DNA from: an uncultured Poribacteria bacterium
GTDB taxonomy: Bacteria > Poribacteria > WGA-4E > WGA-3G
Direction: 5' to 3'
NCBI GenBank assembly: GCA_951813565.1
Contig: OX638351.1
Coordinates: 1,120,001 to 1,184,000, forward strand
DNA: 64,000 nt
The position numbers and the translations under genes were made by a program. Shown here piece by piece: positions 20,560-29,953 of the stretch (within the stretch, counting starts at the first letter, position 1; each line of letters starts with the position of its first letter). Below the pieces are notes generated by a model. The model had not been told where the DNA came from, ran no database searches, and was given only the letters and a program-made list of their open reading frames with translations.

Positions 20560-21732
20560 ATGGCTAAATCTGTCAAAGCACTCATCACACCAGAAGTCCT
20601 AAAGTGGGCGCGGGAAAGACGGATTAGATTAGACCTTGACTTTGCAGCAGATAAATTAAAAATAGATCCTGAACGTCTTGCTGCATGGGAAAACGGTAAC
20701 GATCAACCCACATTCGCGCAATTAAAGAAGATTGCCAAACTCTATAAAACGCATGTTTCTATTTTCTACTTGCCGAAACCACCTACCGATTTCAAACCGC
20801 TTACAGATTACCGGGTATTGCCAAAGTCTAAGGCACCAGATGAAGAACAGACGTATAGATTAAAGGCAAATATCGTTGAAGCTATTGATAGACGGCAAAC
20901 AATCATTGGTCTTTATGAAATGCTGGAGGAAGCTCCACCTAAAGTGTCTCTAAAAATTAATATTAACGAGGAATCTGGACATGCAGCGGAAAAAATTAGA
21001 CGATTTCTTGATTTCAATACACAAAAACTACCACGAACTAAAGATCGTTACAAAGTTTTGAAGTTTTGGAAAAGGACCGTTGAGGCGAAAGGCATTCTTG
21101 TCTGTCAAACTTCTGTAAACACACACCTTTCTGTTGAACTGCAAACAGCACGTGGGTTTTGCATAGCACAGAGACCTTTCCCTGTGATTGTTGTAAATCC
21201 TAAAGACAGTCCTTACGGTCGTATATTTACAATCATTCACGAATTAGTTCACATCGCTCTGGGGGTAAGTATCATTCAGAATATGAACTTTGAAGAAGTT
21301 AGTTTTCCGAATTTTGATTCTATTGAAGTCTTTTGCAATCAAGTAGCGGCAGAGGTATTAGTACCACAAAATGAATTGTTAAAAATGGTAAAGTTAAAGG
21401 TAAGTAATAAAATATTATCCGAAGCCTGTGCATATTTTCGTGTGAGTCCTGAAGTTATCATGCGGAGATTATTAACTCTCAACAAAATCTCTCAACGAGA
21501 ATATCAAACATTCAGAAATGATCAGCAGAAAAAGTATAAAGATAACATACAAGAACCTAAAGGATTTCCACATTACCATACCCGATTACTTAATACTTAC
21601 GGTGAGTTTTTTGCCCGTACCGCTTTCAAGGCATATTATGAGGATAAAATAACACTCTCGAAATTGGCCGCTGTTTTTTCTTATTGTGATACAAAACATC
21701 TTTCTAAAATTGAAAGTAGCATTTTTGCATGA
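20560..21732 (+). CDS. XRE HTH fused to ImmA/IrrE-family metallopeptidase
   Basis: LKWARE...WENG..QPTF.QL HTH; RIFTIIHELVH (HExxH), EVFCNQVAAEVLVP. Confidence 0.88.
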   Translation: MAKSVKALITPEVLKWARERRIRLDLDFAADKLKIDPERLAAWENGNDQPTFAQLKKIAKLYKTHVSIFYLPKPPTDFKPLTDYRVLPKSKAPDEEQTYRLKANIVEAIDRRQTIIGLYEMLEEAPPKVSLKININEESGHAAEKIRRFLDFNTQKLPRTKDRYKVLKFWKRTVEAKGILVCQTSVNTHLSVELQTARGFCIAQRPFPVIVVNPKDSPYGRIFTIIHELVHIALGVSIIQNMNFEEVSFPNFDSIEVFCNQVAAEVLVPQNELLKMVKLKVSNKILSEACAYFRVSPEVIMRRLLTLNKISQREYQTFRNDQQKKYKDNIQEPKGFPHYHTRLLNTYGEFFARTAFKAYYEDKITLSKLAAVFSYCDTKHLSKIESSIFA

Positions 21733-22226
21733 ATTCACTTTTTAACGAAAACCACATAATTTATAGTTTGGATACAAGTGCATTATTTGCAGCATATAAT
21801 GAACGATATCCAATCGCAAACTTTCCAGCATTGTGGTGTAAAATGGTAGAACTGATAAGAAAAGACAGGCTAAAAATGTCACAAGTTGTCTTTGATGAAG
21901 CGATGGAAGACTCAGGTATAAAACTATGGTGTAATCAGAACAACCTCAAACAATACTTTCAAGTACCAGTTGACGAATTCGTCCAGGAAAAGGTTAGTGA
22001 GATACTGACCGTATTCCCTAAACTGTTAGATGATAGAAGAGATAAATCAGGTGCTGATCCGTGGTGTATCGCGTTTGCACAAGTCACTGATAATTGTATT
22101 GTAGTAACGGAAGAAAACCCTACAGATAGTGTAAATAGACCGAAAATTCCCGATGTCTGCAAGCATTATAAGGTTGAGTGTATTAAAGTAGTGGACTTGA
22201 TAAAAAGAGAAGATTGGATTTTCTAA
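21729..22226 (+). CDS. DUF4411 PIN-like domain protein
   Basis: YSLDTSALF, YP...FPALW, ADPWCIA, VVTEE, KIPDVC; ATGA overlap with the upstream gene. Confidence 0.85.
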   Translation: MNSLFNENHIIYSLDTSALFAAYNERYPIANFPALWCKMVELIRKDRLKMSQVVFDEAMEDSGIKLWCNQNNLKQYFQVPVDEFVQEKVSEILTVFPKLLDDRRDKSGADPWCIAFAQVTDNCIVVTEENPTDSVNRPKIPDVCKHYKVECIKVVDLIKREDWIF

Positions 22227-22253
22227 TTCCAATCTTCAGACAAAGGTATAGAA

Positions 22254-22876
22254 ATGCCTGCAAAATTTTTATACGATCTCATATTAGAGGAATTCGGAAA
22301 ACGCACAATACAAAACACCGAAATTCCAAAATACCTAACCGATAATCTTAATCCCACTTTTGAGCTCCGTGAATATCAGAAAGAAGCGTTTGCACGGTTC
22401 CTCCTCTGTTTTGAAAATAACTTCCCTGGTGAAGGTGCGCCGCTGCATTTTCTATTCAACATGGCAACCGGCAGCGGTAAGACGCTCATCATGGCAGGCT
22501 TAATCCTCTATCTTTATGAACAAGGCTACCGCAACTTCCTCTTTTTCGTCAACTCTACCAACATCATAGAAAAGACTAAGGACAACTTCCTCAACCCACG
22601 CGCCACAAAATACCTCTTTAGTGAAAACATCCATATTGACGGGAAAAAAGTCACAGTAACAGAGGTAGACAATTTTGACGGTGTCAGTGAAAACGACATC
22701 AATATCTGTTTTACAACGATTCAGCAGCTACACACGGATATGAATTCGGAAAAGGAATTGTGTTGTTAGCAGAAGATAGGAAATATCGTATCATCGGCGT
22801 ACCTTCGTTCTATAACGAGGCACAAGAAAATCAATTCAGGGATGACCTGAATAACGCATTGAATTCCTCTCTCTAA
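22254..22876 (+). pseudogene. Type III R-M Res remnant with a large internal deletion
   Basis: LREYQKEA, FNMATGSGKT, FFVNSTNIIEKT, FTTIQQLH, then stop at 22769; a shifted frame from about 22754 reads EDRKYRIIGVPSFYNE...* to 22876, resembling a Res C-terminus. Confidence 0.75.
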
Positions 22877-22892
22877 CCACAACCGATTTTCT

Positions 22893-22921
22893 TTGACTTT
22901 TTTGGGAGAGTGCTATATAAT
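22893..22921 (+). promoter_or_regulatory. sigma70 promoter of ppdK
   Basis: TTGACT-17 bp-TATAAT. Confidence 0.65.
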
Positions 22922-23014
22922 TCCATTTATAGTAAAATCGAAAATACCTATACATTTTCTATAGAAGACAGCAATAACAACAATACGATAAGGACAAATA
23001 ACAGGAGAATTTTA

Positions 23015-25648
23015 ATGACACAACCGAAGTATGTTTACTTCTTTGGAACAGGAGAAGGAGAAGGGGATGCTACCATGCGACTCCTACTCGGTGGTAAAGG
23101 TGCAAATCTCGCTGAGATGACGAACCTCGGTGTTCCAGTACCCCCAGGCTTCACGATTTCCACTGAAGTATGCAAATTCTACTACGATAACGATAATAAG
23201 TACCCCAGCGGTCTTGACCAACAGATTACCGAGAACCTACAAAAGTTAGAAGATGCACTTGGCACAAAATTTGGAGATACCGAGGACCCGCTCCTTCTTT
23301 CTGTTCGTTCCGGTGCCGCAGTTTCAATGCCAGGTATGATGGATACCATTCTCAACCTCGGTTTAAATGATGATGCTGTTAAAGGGCTTATCGCAAAGTC
23401 GGAAAACGAACGTTTCGCTTACGATTCATATCGGCGCTTCGTCCAGATGTTCGGAAACGTTGTACTCAATGTCGATCACGATGAATTTGAGCATTTACTT
23501 GAAGAAAAGAAAAAGGCGAAAGGCGTTACATTAGATACCGAGTTAGAAGCCGACGATTTAGCTGCACTTGTCAATGAATTTAAGAACGCCGTCAAACAGC
23601 GCACAGGCAGCGATTTTCCTGATAACCCGCGTCTACAGTTAGATATGGCACGGGATGCCGTTTTTGAGTCTTCAGGCAACCCGCGCGCTATTACCTATCG
23701 CCGTCTCAACGATATTTCTGAAGAACTCGGGCGCACTGCTGTTAACGTTCAAGCAATGGTGTTCGGCAATATGGGCGGAACTTCTGGATCAGGAGTCGCC
23801 TTCACTCGCAACCCTTCGACCGGCGCGAACCAATTTTACGGTGAGTTCCTCATTAACGCGCAGGGGGAAGACGTTGTCGCTGGCATCCGTACGCCCCTTC
23901 CTGTTTCCGATTTGAGAAACATTTTGCCCGATGCATATAATGAGTTGGTTGACATAGGATTAAGACTTGAAAAGCACTACAGTGATATGCAGGACGTGGA
24001 GTTTACAATTCAGGATAGTAAACTCTATATGCTCCAAACTCGTAACGGAAAACGCACCGGTCAAGCTGCTGTCAGAATTGCCGTAGAGATGGTTGAAGAA
24101 GGCTTGATTGATAAACAAACTGCTTTGACGCGTGTTCCCGCCAATGACCTTGACCAGTTGCTGCATCCGAGTGTGGATCCGGACGCTTCTGTTGAGGTAA
24201 TAGCACAAGGTTTGCCTGCCTCCCCTGGTGCTGCTGTCGGTAAGGTTGTCTTCACGGCACTACGCGCTGAGGAACTCGCTGCCGAAGGTGAAAAAGTTAT
24301 TCTTGTCCGAACGGAAACATCACCAGAAGATATTGGCGGAATGGACGCTGCGGAAGGTATCCTCACTGCGCGTGGTGGTATGACCAGTCATGCTGCGGTT
24401 GTGGCACGCGGTATGGGAAAATGTTGTGTTGCGGGGTGTTCTAATCTGTTTATCAATGAAGAAGCACTTGAATTCATTGCCGGTGGAAAACGCTATGCTG
24501 AAGGCGATTTCATCACGCTCAACGGTTCTACAGGCGATGTACTTAGCGGACAAGTTTCGCTCATCCAGCCTGAACTTAGTGGACAATTCGGAACACTTAT
24601 GGAGTGGGCAGACGAAGTGCGCACATTGGACGTTCGTACCAATGCGGATACACCGGAAGATGCCAAAAATGCAAGAGGGTTCGGCGCTGAAGGCATCGGT
24701 CTCTGTCGGACTGAGCACATGTTCTTCGGGACAGGGATTGACGCTGTACGAGAGATGATCCTTGCAGATGAAACGTTAGAACGAAAACAGGCATTGGCGA
24801 AGCTGCTTTCGCACCAACGTACAGATTTCATCGGAATCTTTGAGGCGATGGCTGGCTATCCAGTGACTATCCGTACACTTGATCCACCTTTACATGAATT
24901 CTTGCCAAAGAACGAGTCTGAAATCCGTGATCTTGCAGAAAGAATTAACGTTGACGCTCAAAAACTCCGTGAGCGCGTCGAAGAATTACACGAATTCAAT
25001 CCAATGCTTGGACATCGCGGTTGTAGACTTGGCATCGTTTATCCAGAGATAACTGAGATGCAGGCACGTGCAATCTTTGAAGCCGCTGTGGATGTTACAA
25101 AGCGCGGTATCAAGGTTTTACCAGAAATTATGATTCCGCTCGTTGGACATATCAATGAATTCTCATTGCAGCGTAAAGTCGTTGTTGATATAGCAGAGGA
25201 AGTGTTTAAAGAGACCGGTTCTCGTGTTGAATATCTTGTTGGCACGATGATTGAGTTACCCCGCGCAGCACTTACTGCCGACAAAATCGCTGCAGAAGCC
25301 GAATTTTTCTCCTATGGGACAAATGACCTCACACAAACAACGTTTGGCATGAGTCGTGATGATGCCGTGAAATTCCTTGACGACTATGTTAAAAACGGCG
25401 TTCTTGAATACGACCCGTTCCAGGTCCTTGACCAAGAGGGTGTCGGCAGTTTATTGCAAATTGGTTGTGAAAAAGGTCGTGCTGCTCGTCCAGAATTAAA
25501 AGTTGGTATCTGTGGTGAGCACGGCGGTGAACCGAATTCCGTGAAGTTCTGCTATGGATTAGGGTTTGATTACGTTTCTTGCTCTCCGTTCCGTGTGCCG
25601 ATTGCCCGTCTTGCTGCTGCGCAGGCTGTCATTGAAGACGAAGCATAA
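23015..25648 (+). CDS. ppdK: Pyruvate, phosphate dikinase
   Basis: AGGAG RBS; LLGGKGANLAEM, SMPGMMDT, GGMTSHAAVVARG, GIGLCRTEHMF, GICGEHGG. Confidence 0.97.
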   Translation: MTQPKYVYFFGTGEGEGDATMRLLLGGKGANLAEMTNLGVPVPPGFTISTEVCKFYYDNDNKYPSGLDQQITENLQKLEDALGTKFGDTEDPLLLSVRSGAAVSMPGMMDTILNLGLNDDAVKGLIAKSENERFAYDSYRRFVQMFGNVVLNVDHDEFEHLLEEKKKAKGVTLDTELEADDLAALVNEFKNAVKQRTGSDFPDNPRLQLDMARDAVFESSGNPRAITYRRLNDISEELGRTAVNVQAMVFGNMGGTSGSGVAFTRNPSTGANQFYGEFLINAQGEDVVAGIRTPLPVSDLRNILPDAYNELVDIGLRLEKHYSDMQDVEFTIQDSKLYMLQTRNGKRTGQAAVRIAVEMVEEGLIDKQTALTRVPANDLDQLLHPSVDPDASVEVIAQGLPASPGAAVGKVVFTALRAEELAAEGEKVILVRTETSPEDIGGMDAAEGILTARGGMTSHAAVVARGMGKCCVAGCSNLFINEEALEFIAGGKRYAEGDFITLNGSTGDVLSGQVSLIQPELSGQFGTLMEWADEVRTLDVRTNADTPEDAKNARGFGAEGIGLCRTEHMFFGTGIDAVREMILADETLERKQALAKLLSHQRTDFIGIFEAMAGYPVTIRTLDPPLHEFLPKNESEIRDLAERINVDAQKLRERVEELHEFNPMLGHRGCRLGIVYPEITEMQARAIFEAAVDVTKRGIKVLPEIMIPLVGHINEFSLQRKVVVDIAEEVFKETGSRVEYLVGTMIELPRAALTADKIAAEAEFFSYGTNDLTQTTFGMSRDDAVKFLDDYVKNGVLEYDPFQVLDQEGVGSLLQIGCEKGRAARPELKVGICGEHGGEPNSVKFCYGLGFDYVSCSPFRVPIARLAAAQAVIEDEA

Positions 25649-25675
25649 GGTCAAATAAGGTGTTTTGTGATAATT

Positions 25676-25708
25676 TAGGCGTGTGTGCTTTGTAAGTGCA
25701 CACGCCTA
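25676..25708. terminator. Hairpin after ppdK
   Basis: TAGGCGTGTGTGCTT-tgt-AAGTGCACACGCCTA. Confidence 0.55.
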
Positions 25709-25822
25709 TATTATTAATGCAACCCAAGAATGTAAAAAGCAGTTGAATTCCATAAACATATTGTGGTAAATTGTCAATAGAATGTAGCAATCACATGATA
25801 ACCCATCATAGGAGGAGAAACA

Positions 25823-26389
25823 ATGGATGCACAAGAAGTTCATCAAATCATACCCGATAGTCTTCCTGCTGAGCTTCCCAAGATGACTTTGGAGGAATTC
25901 CTTGAAAGCGATTTAGAGGGGTATGAATACGTTAAAGGGGAATTAATCCCTATGCCACCAACGTCAGTAGAACACGGCTACATTAGTGTGAACCTAAGTT
26001 CTCTGTTACACTTGTATGTTCGTGAAAATCAACTGGGGCGTGTTCTCTCGGAGACAGGATTCCGCGTTGGAGAACGCGTTTTGATATCAGATATCGCCTT
26101 TATTTCAACAGATCGGATCCCAATTGATCCGAGTAAAGCATCTCCAGTACCACCAGACCTTGCTGTTGAAGTTATTTCTCCTACAGATTCATCCCACCGA
26201 GTTGAAGAAAAGGCGTTTATTTATCTTGAGGCGGGCACACAGTTGGTATGGGTACTCAAACCCCGATCCAACACGGTAACTGTCTATCGTTCTGAAACGG
26301 ACATCACAGTCCTTACACGTAACGACACGCTCAGCGGTGAGGAAGTTGTCAAAGGATTTTCTTGTCAGGTGGCAGAACTTTTTGAATAG
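25823..26389 (+). CDS. Uma2 family putative endonuclease
   Basis: MTLEEF, YEYVKGEL, PDLAVEVISP, AGTQLVWV. Confidence 0.9.
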   Translation: MDAQEVHQIIPDSLPAELPKMTLEEFLESDLEGYEYVKGELIPMPPTSVEHGYISVNLSSLLHLYVRENQLGRVLSETGFRVGERVLISDIAFISTDRIPIDPSKASPVPPDLAVEVISPTDSSHRVEEKAFIYLEAGTQLVWVLKPRSNTVTVYRSETDITVLTRNDTLSGEEVVKGFSCQVAELFE

Positions 26390-26422
26390 AGTCTCATTAA
26401 ATTTCTTGGAAAGGATAACACA

Positions 26423-26866
26423 ATGTTAATCGCAGATGTAAATGAAATGGAAGGGCGCACATATCCTGCACGTAGATTAACCAGAAATCTTGTTGGGGGC
26501 GCATCCCCTATTCAGATAGACGAATTCTGTATGGGGTTCGTCGTTTTGGAACCTAACGGTGGACAGGTGCCGTGGCACAATCACGAACAGGAAGAGATCT
26601 ACTTTATCGTTGAAGGTGAAGGTGAGATGTGTCTCGGTGAGGAGCGGCAAACGATCTCCACAGGACAAACCGTTTTTATTCCATCATGGGTTTTCCATCA
26701 GTTGACGAATACCAGTGACACACCGATGAAGATGGTCTATTGCTATGGTCCAGCAGGAGATGTTGACCATTGGAAACAAGAACTTGCTGGCACACTTCCG
26801 AAAGCCGGTATAGATGTTCCATCACTCCCTGAAGGTGCAGCACCGCAATGCACTGACAAACCTTGA
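26423..26866 (+). CDS. Cupin domain protein
   Basis: PWHNHEQEEIYFIVEGEG...IPSWVFH. Confidence 0.88.
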   Translation: MLIADVNEMEGRTYPARRLTRNLVGGASPIQIDEFCMGFVVLEPNGGQVPWHNHEQEEIYFIVEGEGEMCLGEERQTISTGQTVFIPSWVFHQLTNTSDTPMKMVYCYGPAGDVDHWKQELAGTLPKAGIDVPSLPEGAAPQCTDKP

Positions 26867-26870
26867 GAAT

Positions 26871-26929
26871 GGCTGTCAGCCGTCGGTTATCAGTTTTCAG
26901 TTTTACTGATAGCCAATATACTGACAACC
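26871..26929. repeat. Heptamer tandem repeat forming an inverted pair
   Basis: CTGTCAG CCGTCGG TTATCAG TTTTCAG followed by CTGATAG..CTGACAA. Confidence 0.55.
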
Positions 26930-26941
26930 AAAGGATAATAT

Positions 26942-28114
26942 ATGACCAATCATACCCAAAAAACACATCGTGTCGGGATAATCATGAACGGTGTCACAGG
27001 TAGGATGGGAACAAACCAACATCTCATCCGCTCGCTCTTAGCAATTGTTGAAAATGGCGGTATCCCAATCGGAGACGGCGAAGTGATTATGCCTGACCCA
27101 TATCTCGTCGGTAGAAATCCCACAAAATTAGAGAAATTGTCTGAGTCTACTGGTGTTGAAAAGTGGACTACAGACCTTGACACTGCACTCGCTGATGACG
27201 CTTATACCGTCTATTTTGACGCGCAGGTAACGTCACGCCGCGTTGATGCGGTCCAAACAGCAATCTCAGCAGGAAAACACATCTACTGTGAAAAACCAAC
27301 TGCTACCTCCACAGATGATGCCTATCGCCTCTATGAACAGGCAGCAAAGGCAGGACTTAAAAACGGTGTCGTTCAAGATAAACTCTGGCTACCCGGCATT
27401 CAGAAACTAAAAAGATTGATAGACGCTAACTTTTTCGGTAAAATCATTGCAGTGCGGGGTGAATTCGGCTATTGGGTTTTTCAAGGCGATGCTATTCCTA
27501 CCCAACGTCCCTCCTGGAACTACCGCGCCGAAGATGGCGGCGGTATAATCCTTGACATGTTTAGTCATTGGCGATATGTTTTAGATAACCTTTTCGGGGC
27601 AGTCAAGGGAGTATCTTGTATTGCAACAACGCATCTTCTACAACGATGGGATGAGGAGAACAAACCGTATCAATGTACCGCAGAAGATGCTGCGTATGCT
27701 ACCTTTGAATTAGAAGAAGGAATTGTTGCTCACTTTAACTCATCGTGGGCAGTACGTGTCAGACGCGATGATCTTCTAACAATACAAGTTGATGGATTGA
27801 ACGGTTCTGCTGTTGCAGGTCTGAGAGATTGTTGGATTCAGCCTCTCTCTGGTACCCCGCGCCCTGTTTGGAATCCTGACATTGAACAACCGATCAAATT
27901 TTTCGATGGATGGCTCAAAGTTCCAGAACAAGAGACCTACGAGAACGCTTTTAGAGCACAGTGGGAGTTGTTTCTCCGACATGTTATTAACGATGAACCG
28001 TTCCCTTGGACACTGCTTGAAGGCGCAAAGGGTGTGCAGTTAGCAGAAAAGGGAATGGAATCTTGGAAAACCCGAAAATGGATTGAATTACCAGAGTTAT
28101 CACCAATTTCGTGA
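26942..28114 (+). CDS. Gfo/Idh/MocA oxidoreductase
   Basis: GIIMNGVTGRMG, HIYCEKP, GGGIILDM. Confidence 0.9.
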   Translation: MTNHTQKTHRVGIIMNGVTGRMGTNQHLIRSLLAIVENGGIPIGDGEVIMPDPYLVGRNPTKLEKLSESTGVEKWTTDLDTALADDAYTVYFDAQVTSRRVDAVQTAISAGKHIYCEKPTATSTDDAYRLYEQAAKAGLKNGVVQDKLWLPGIQKLKRLIDANFFGKIIAVRGEFGYWVFQGDAIPTQRPSWNYRAEDGGGIILDMFSHWRYVLDNLFGAVKGVSCIATTHLLQRWDEENKPYQCTAEDAAYATFELEEGIVAHFNSSWAVRVRRDDLLTIQVDGLNGSAVAGLRDCWIQPLSGTPRPVWNPDIEQPIKFFDGWLKVPEQETYENAFRAQWELFLRHVINDEPFPWTLLEGAKGVQLAEKGMESWKTRKWIELPELSPIS

Positions 28115-28143
28115 TTTCACCTTGTATCTAAGGATATTGAAAG

Positions 28144-29601
28144 ATGGCACAACAAAACATAATCCTCCAAAAAATTGACGAATACCGCTGGCGCATTCCC
28201 AAGAGTTACATGAAAGGAATGCATGTAGACGGAATTGTTTATGCTAATGAAAAACTCTTAAACCAAGCCAAAAGTGATGAGGCTTTACAGCAGGTTGCAA
28301 ATGTTGCACATCTCCCCGGCATTGTTAAACACTCTCTTGCAATGCCCGATTTGCATTGGGGTTACGGGTTTGTTATTGGTGGTGTCGCTGCTACGGATCC
28401 GCAAGCAGATGGTGTTGTTTCTCCCGGTGGTATTGGATACGACATCAATTGTGGAGTCCGCCTCGTACGGACAAATCTTGACATCTCGCAGCTTGAGGGA
28501 AAGACAAAATCGCTTGTCGGCAAGTTGTTTGAAAACGTGCCGTGCGGTGTTGGGTCTAAAGGTAAAATTCGACTCACGGTGCAAGAAGAGCGGCAGATGT
28601 TAGAAAAAGGTGCAAGTTGGGCAATCGAGCGTGAATATGGACACCCGCAGGATCTCCAATTCACTGAAGCGACAGGCTATCTTGAACACGCCAACGCTGA
28701 TGCTGCCAGTCAACGTGCCTTAGAACGTGGGAAGAATCAACTTGGCACGCTCGGTTCGGGAAACCACTTTCTTGAGGTGCAAGCGGTTGATCGTATCTTT
28801 TACCGGGAAGCTGCTGATGCTATGGGGCTGCGTGAGGGCAATATATGCGTTATGATTCATACGGGTTCACGCGGTTTTGGTTATCAGATTTGTGATGAGC
28901 ATGTTAAAAGTTGGGTACAGGTGGCTGAGAGATATGGAATAAACTTACCTGATAGACAACTTGCTTCTGCGCCGCTAAACTCACCAGAAGGCAAAGATTA
29001 CATCACCGCAATGGCATGTAGTGCGAATTATGCGTGGAACAATCGGCAATGTATCATGCATCTCGTCCGCCAGACCTTTATGAAGTTTTTTGACACAACT
29101 GAGGACGAACTCGGATTAGAACTTGTTTATGACGTTGCACATAACATAGGTAAGTTTGAAAAACATAAAGTTGATGGTAAGGAACGCGAACTTTTCATTC
29201 ACCGCAAAGGGGCAACCCGTGCATTCCCAGCTGGACATCCAGAAATTCCACAAAAATACCAGAAAGTTGGACAACCTGTGTTGATACCTGGCGATATGGG
29301 GACTGCCTCTTATGTACTTGTTGGCAATCCGGGTGCAATGGCAGAGACATGGGGCACAACTTGTCATGGTGCGGGGAGAGTTCTGTCACGGCGGAAGGCG
29401 ATTGACTTGACAAAAGGTAGGTCTATCCAAGCGGACCTTGAAGCACGAGGCATTTTCGTTCGTGCTGAAGGTAAACGCACACTTCAGGAGGAGGTTTCGG
29501 AGGCATATAAAGATGTTGATGAAGTTGTCCGTGTTGTGGATGAAGCGGGACTTTCACGCCGTGTCGCGCGCCTCCGACCAATTGGAGTTGTGAAAGGCTA
29601 A
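28144..29601 (+). CDS. rtcB: RtcB family 3'-phosphate/5'-OH RNA ligase
   Basis: MPDLHWGYGF, GYDINCG, GSGNHF, HTGSRG, HRKGAT, CHGAGR. Confidence 0.96.
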   Translation: MAQQNIILQKIDEYRWRIPKSYMKGMHVDGIVYANEKLLNQAKSDEALQQVANVAHLPGIVKHSLAMPDLHWGYGFVIGGVAATDPQADGVVSPGGIGYDINCGVRLVRTNLDISQLEGKTKSLVGKLFENVPCGVGSKGKIRLTVQEERQMLEKGASWAIEREYGHPQDLQFTEATGYLEHANADAASQRALERGKNQLGTLGSGNHFLEVQAVDRIFYREAADAMGLREGNICVMIHTGSRGFGYQICDEHVKSWVQVAERYGINLPDRQLASAPLNSPEGKDYITAMACSANYAWNNRQCIMHLVRQTFMKFFDTTEDELGLELVYDVAHNIGKFEKHKVDGKERELFIHRKGATRAFPAGHPEIPQKYQKVGQPVLIPGDMGTASYVLVGNPGAMAETWGTTCHGAGRVLSRRKAIDLTKGRSIQADLEARGIFVRAEGKRTLQEEVSEAYKDVDEVVRVVDEAGLSRRVARLRPIGVVKG

Positions 29602-29684
29602 TTTCTACACATTCATCTGCTCCATCCATGATTGCCAAAAATTCTGAAGAGTGAGAGCGACTTCCTGTCAATACATCATTCCAA

Positions 29685-29730
29685 CAATGTCTATTTTTTA
29701 ATCATCAGATTGTCCAAAAAATAGGCATTG
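29685..29730. promoter_or_regulatory. 15-bp inverted repeat, possible enhancer (UAS) of the sigma54 promoter
   Basis: CAATGTCTATTTTTT-16 bp-AAAAAATAGGCATTG, roughly 65-110 bp upstream of the predicted start site. Confidence 0.4.
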
Positions 29731-29765
29731 TTGCCAAACAAACAGCCAAATATAACCCTTTTCCG

Positions 29766-29782
29766 TTGGCATAGAAATTGCT
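29766..29782 (+). promoter_or_regulatory. sigma54 (-24/-12) promoter
   Basis: TTGGCATAGAAATTGCT, matching TGGCAC-N5-TTGCW with exact GG-N10-GC spacing. Confidence 0.75.
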
Positions 29783-29792
29783 TAACTATTAG

Positions 29793-29920
29793 GTATGCCT
29801 CCTTAGGTGAGTCGGAACTGCAATCTCTGAAAAGCGCAACCGGTAGCCGATATTGCATGCGTTAGGTTAGGATCCCTGACATTTCTCAACCGTTTTGAGA
29901 CGTAGTTTCCGACTCTTTTT
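29793..29920 (+). ncRNA. Candidate sigma54-dependent structured small RNA
   Basis: No ORF follows the promoter; 5' tail contains CCTCCTTA; closing stem GAGTCGGAACTGC/GTAGTTTCCGACTC encloses three hairpins and ends in TTTTT. Confidence 0.6.
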
Positions 29921-29953
29921 ATATTTTGTTAAGTAATTCTAAAAGCATTAACA

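Noticed and set aside
29793..29920. Assignment as tRNA, SRP RNA, 6S RNA or a canonical Y RNA
   Set aside because: No TTCGA T-loop or CCA end, no SRP helix-8 motif, too short for 6S, and no clear Ro-binding bulged helix; left as an unknown sRNA.
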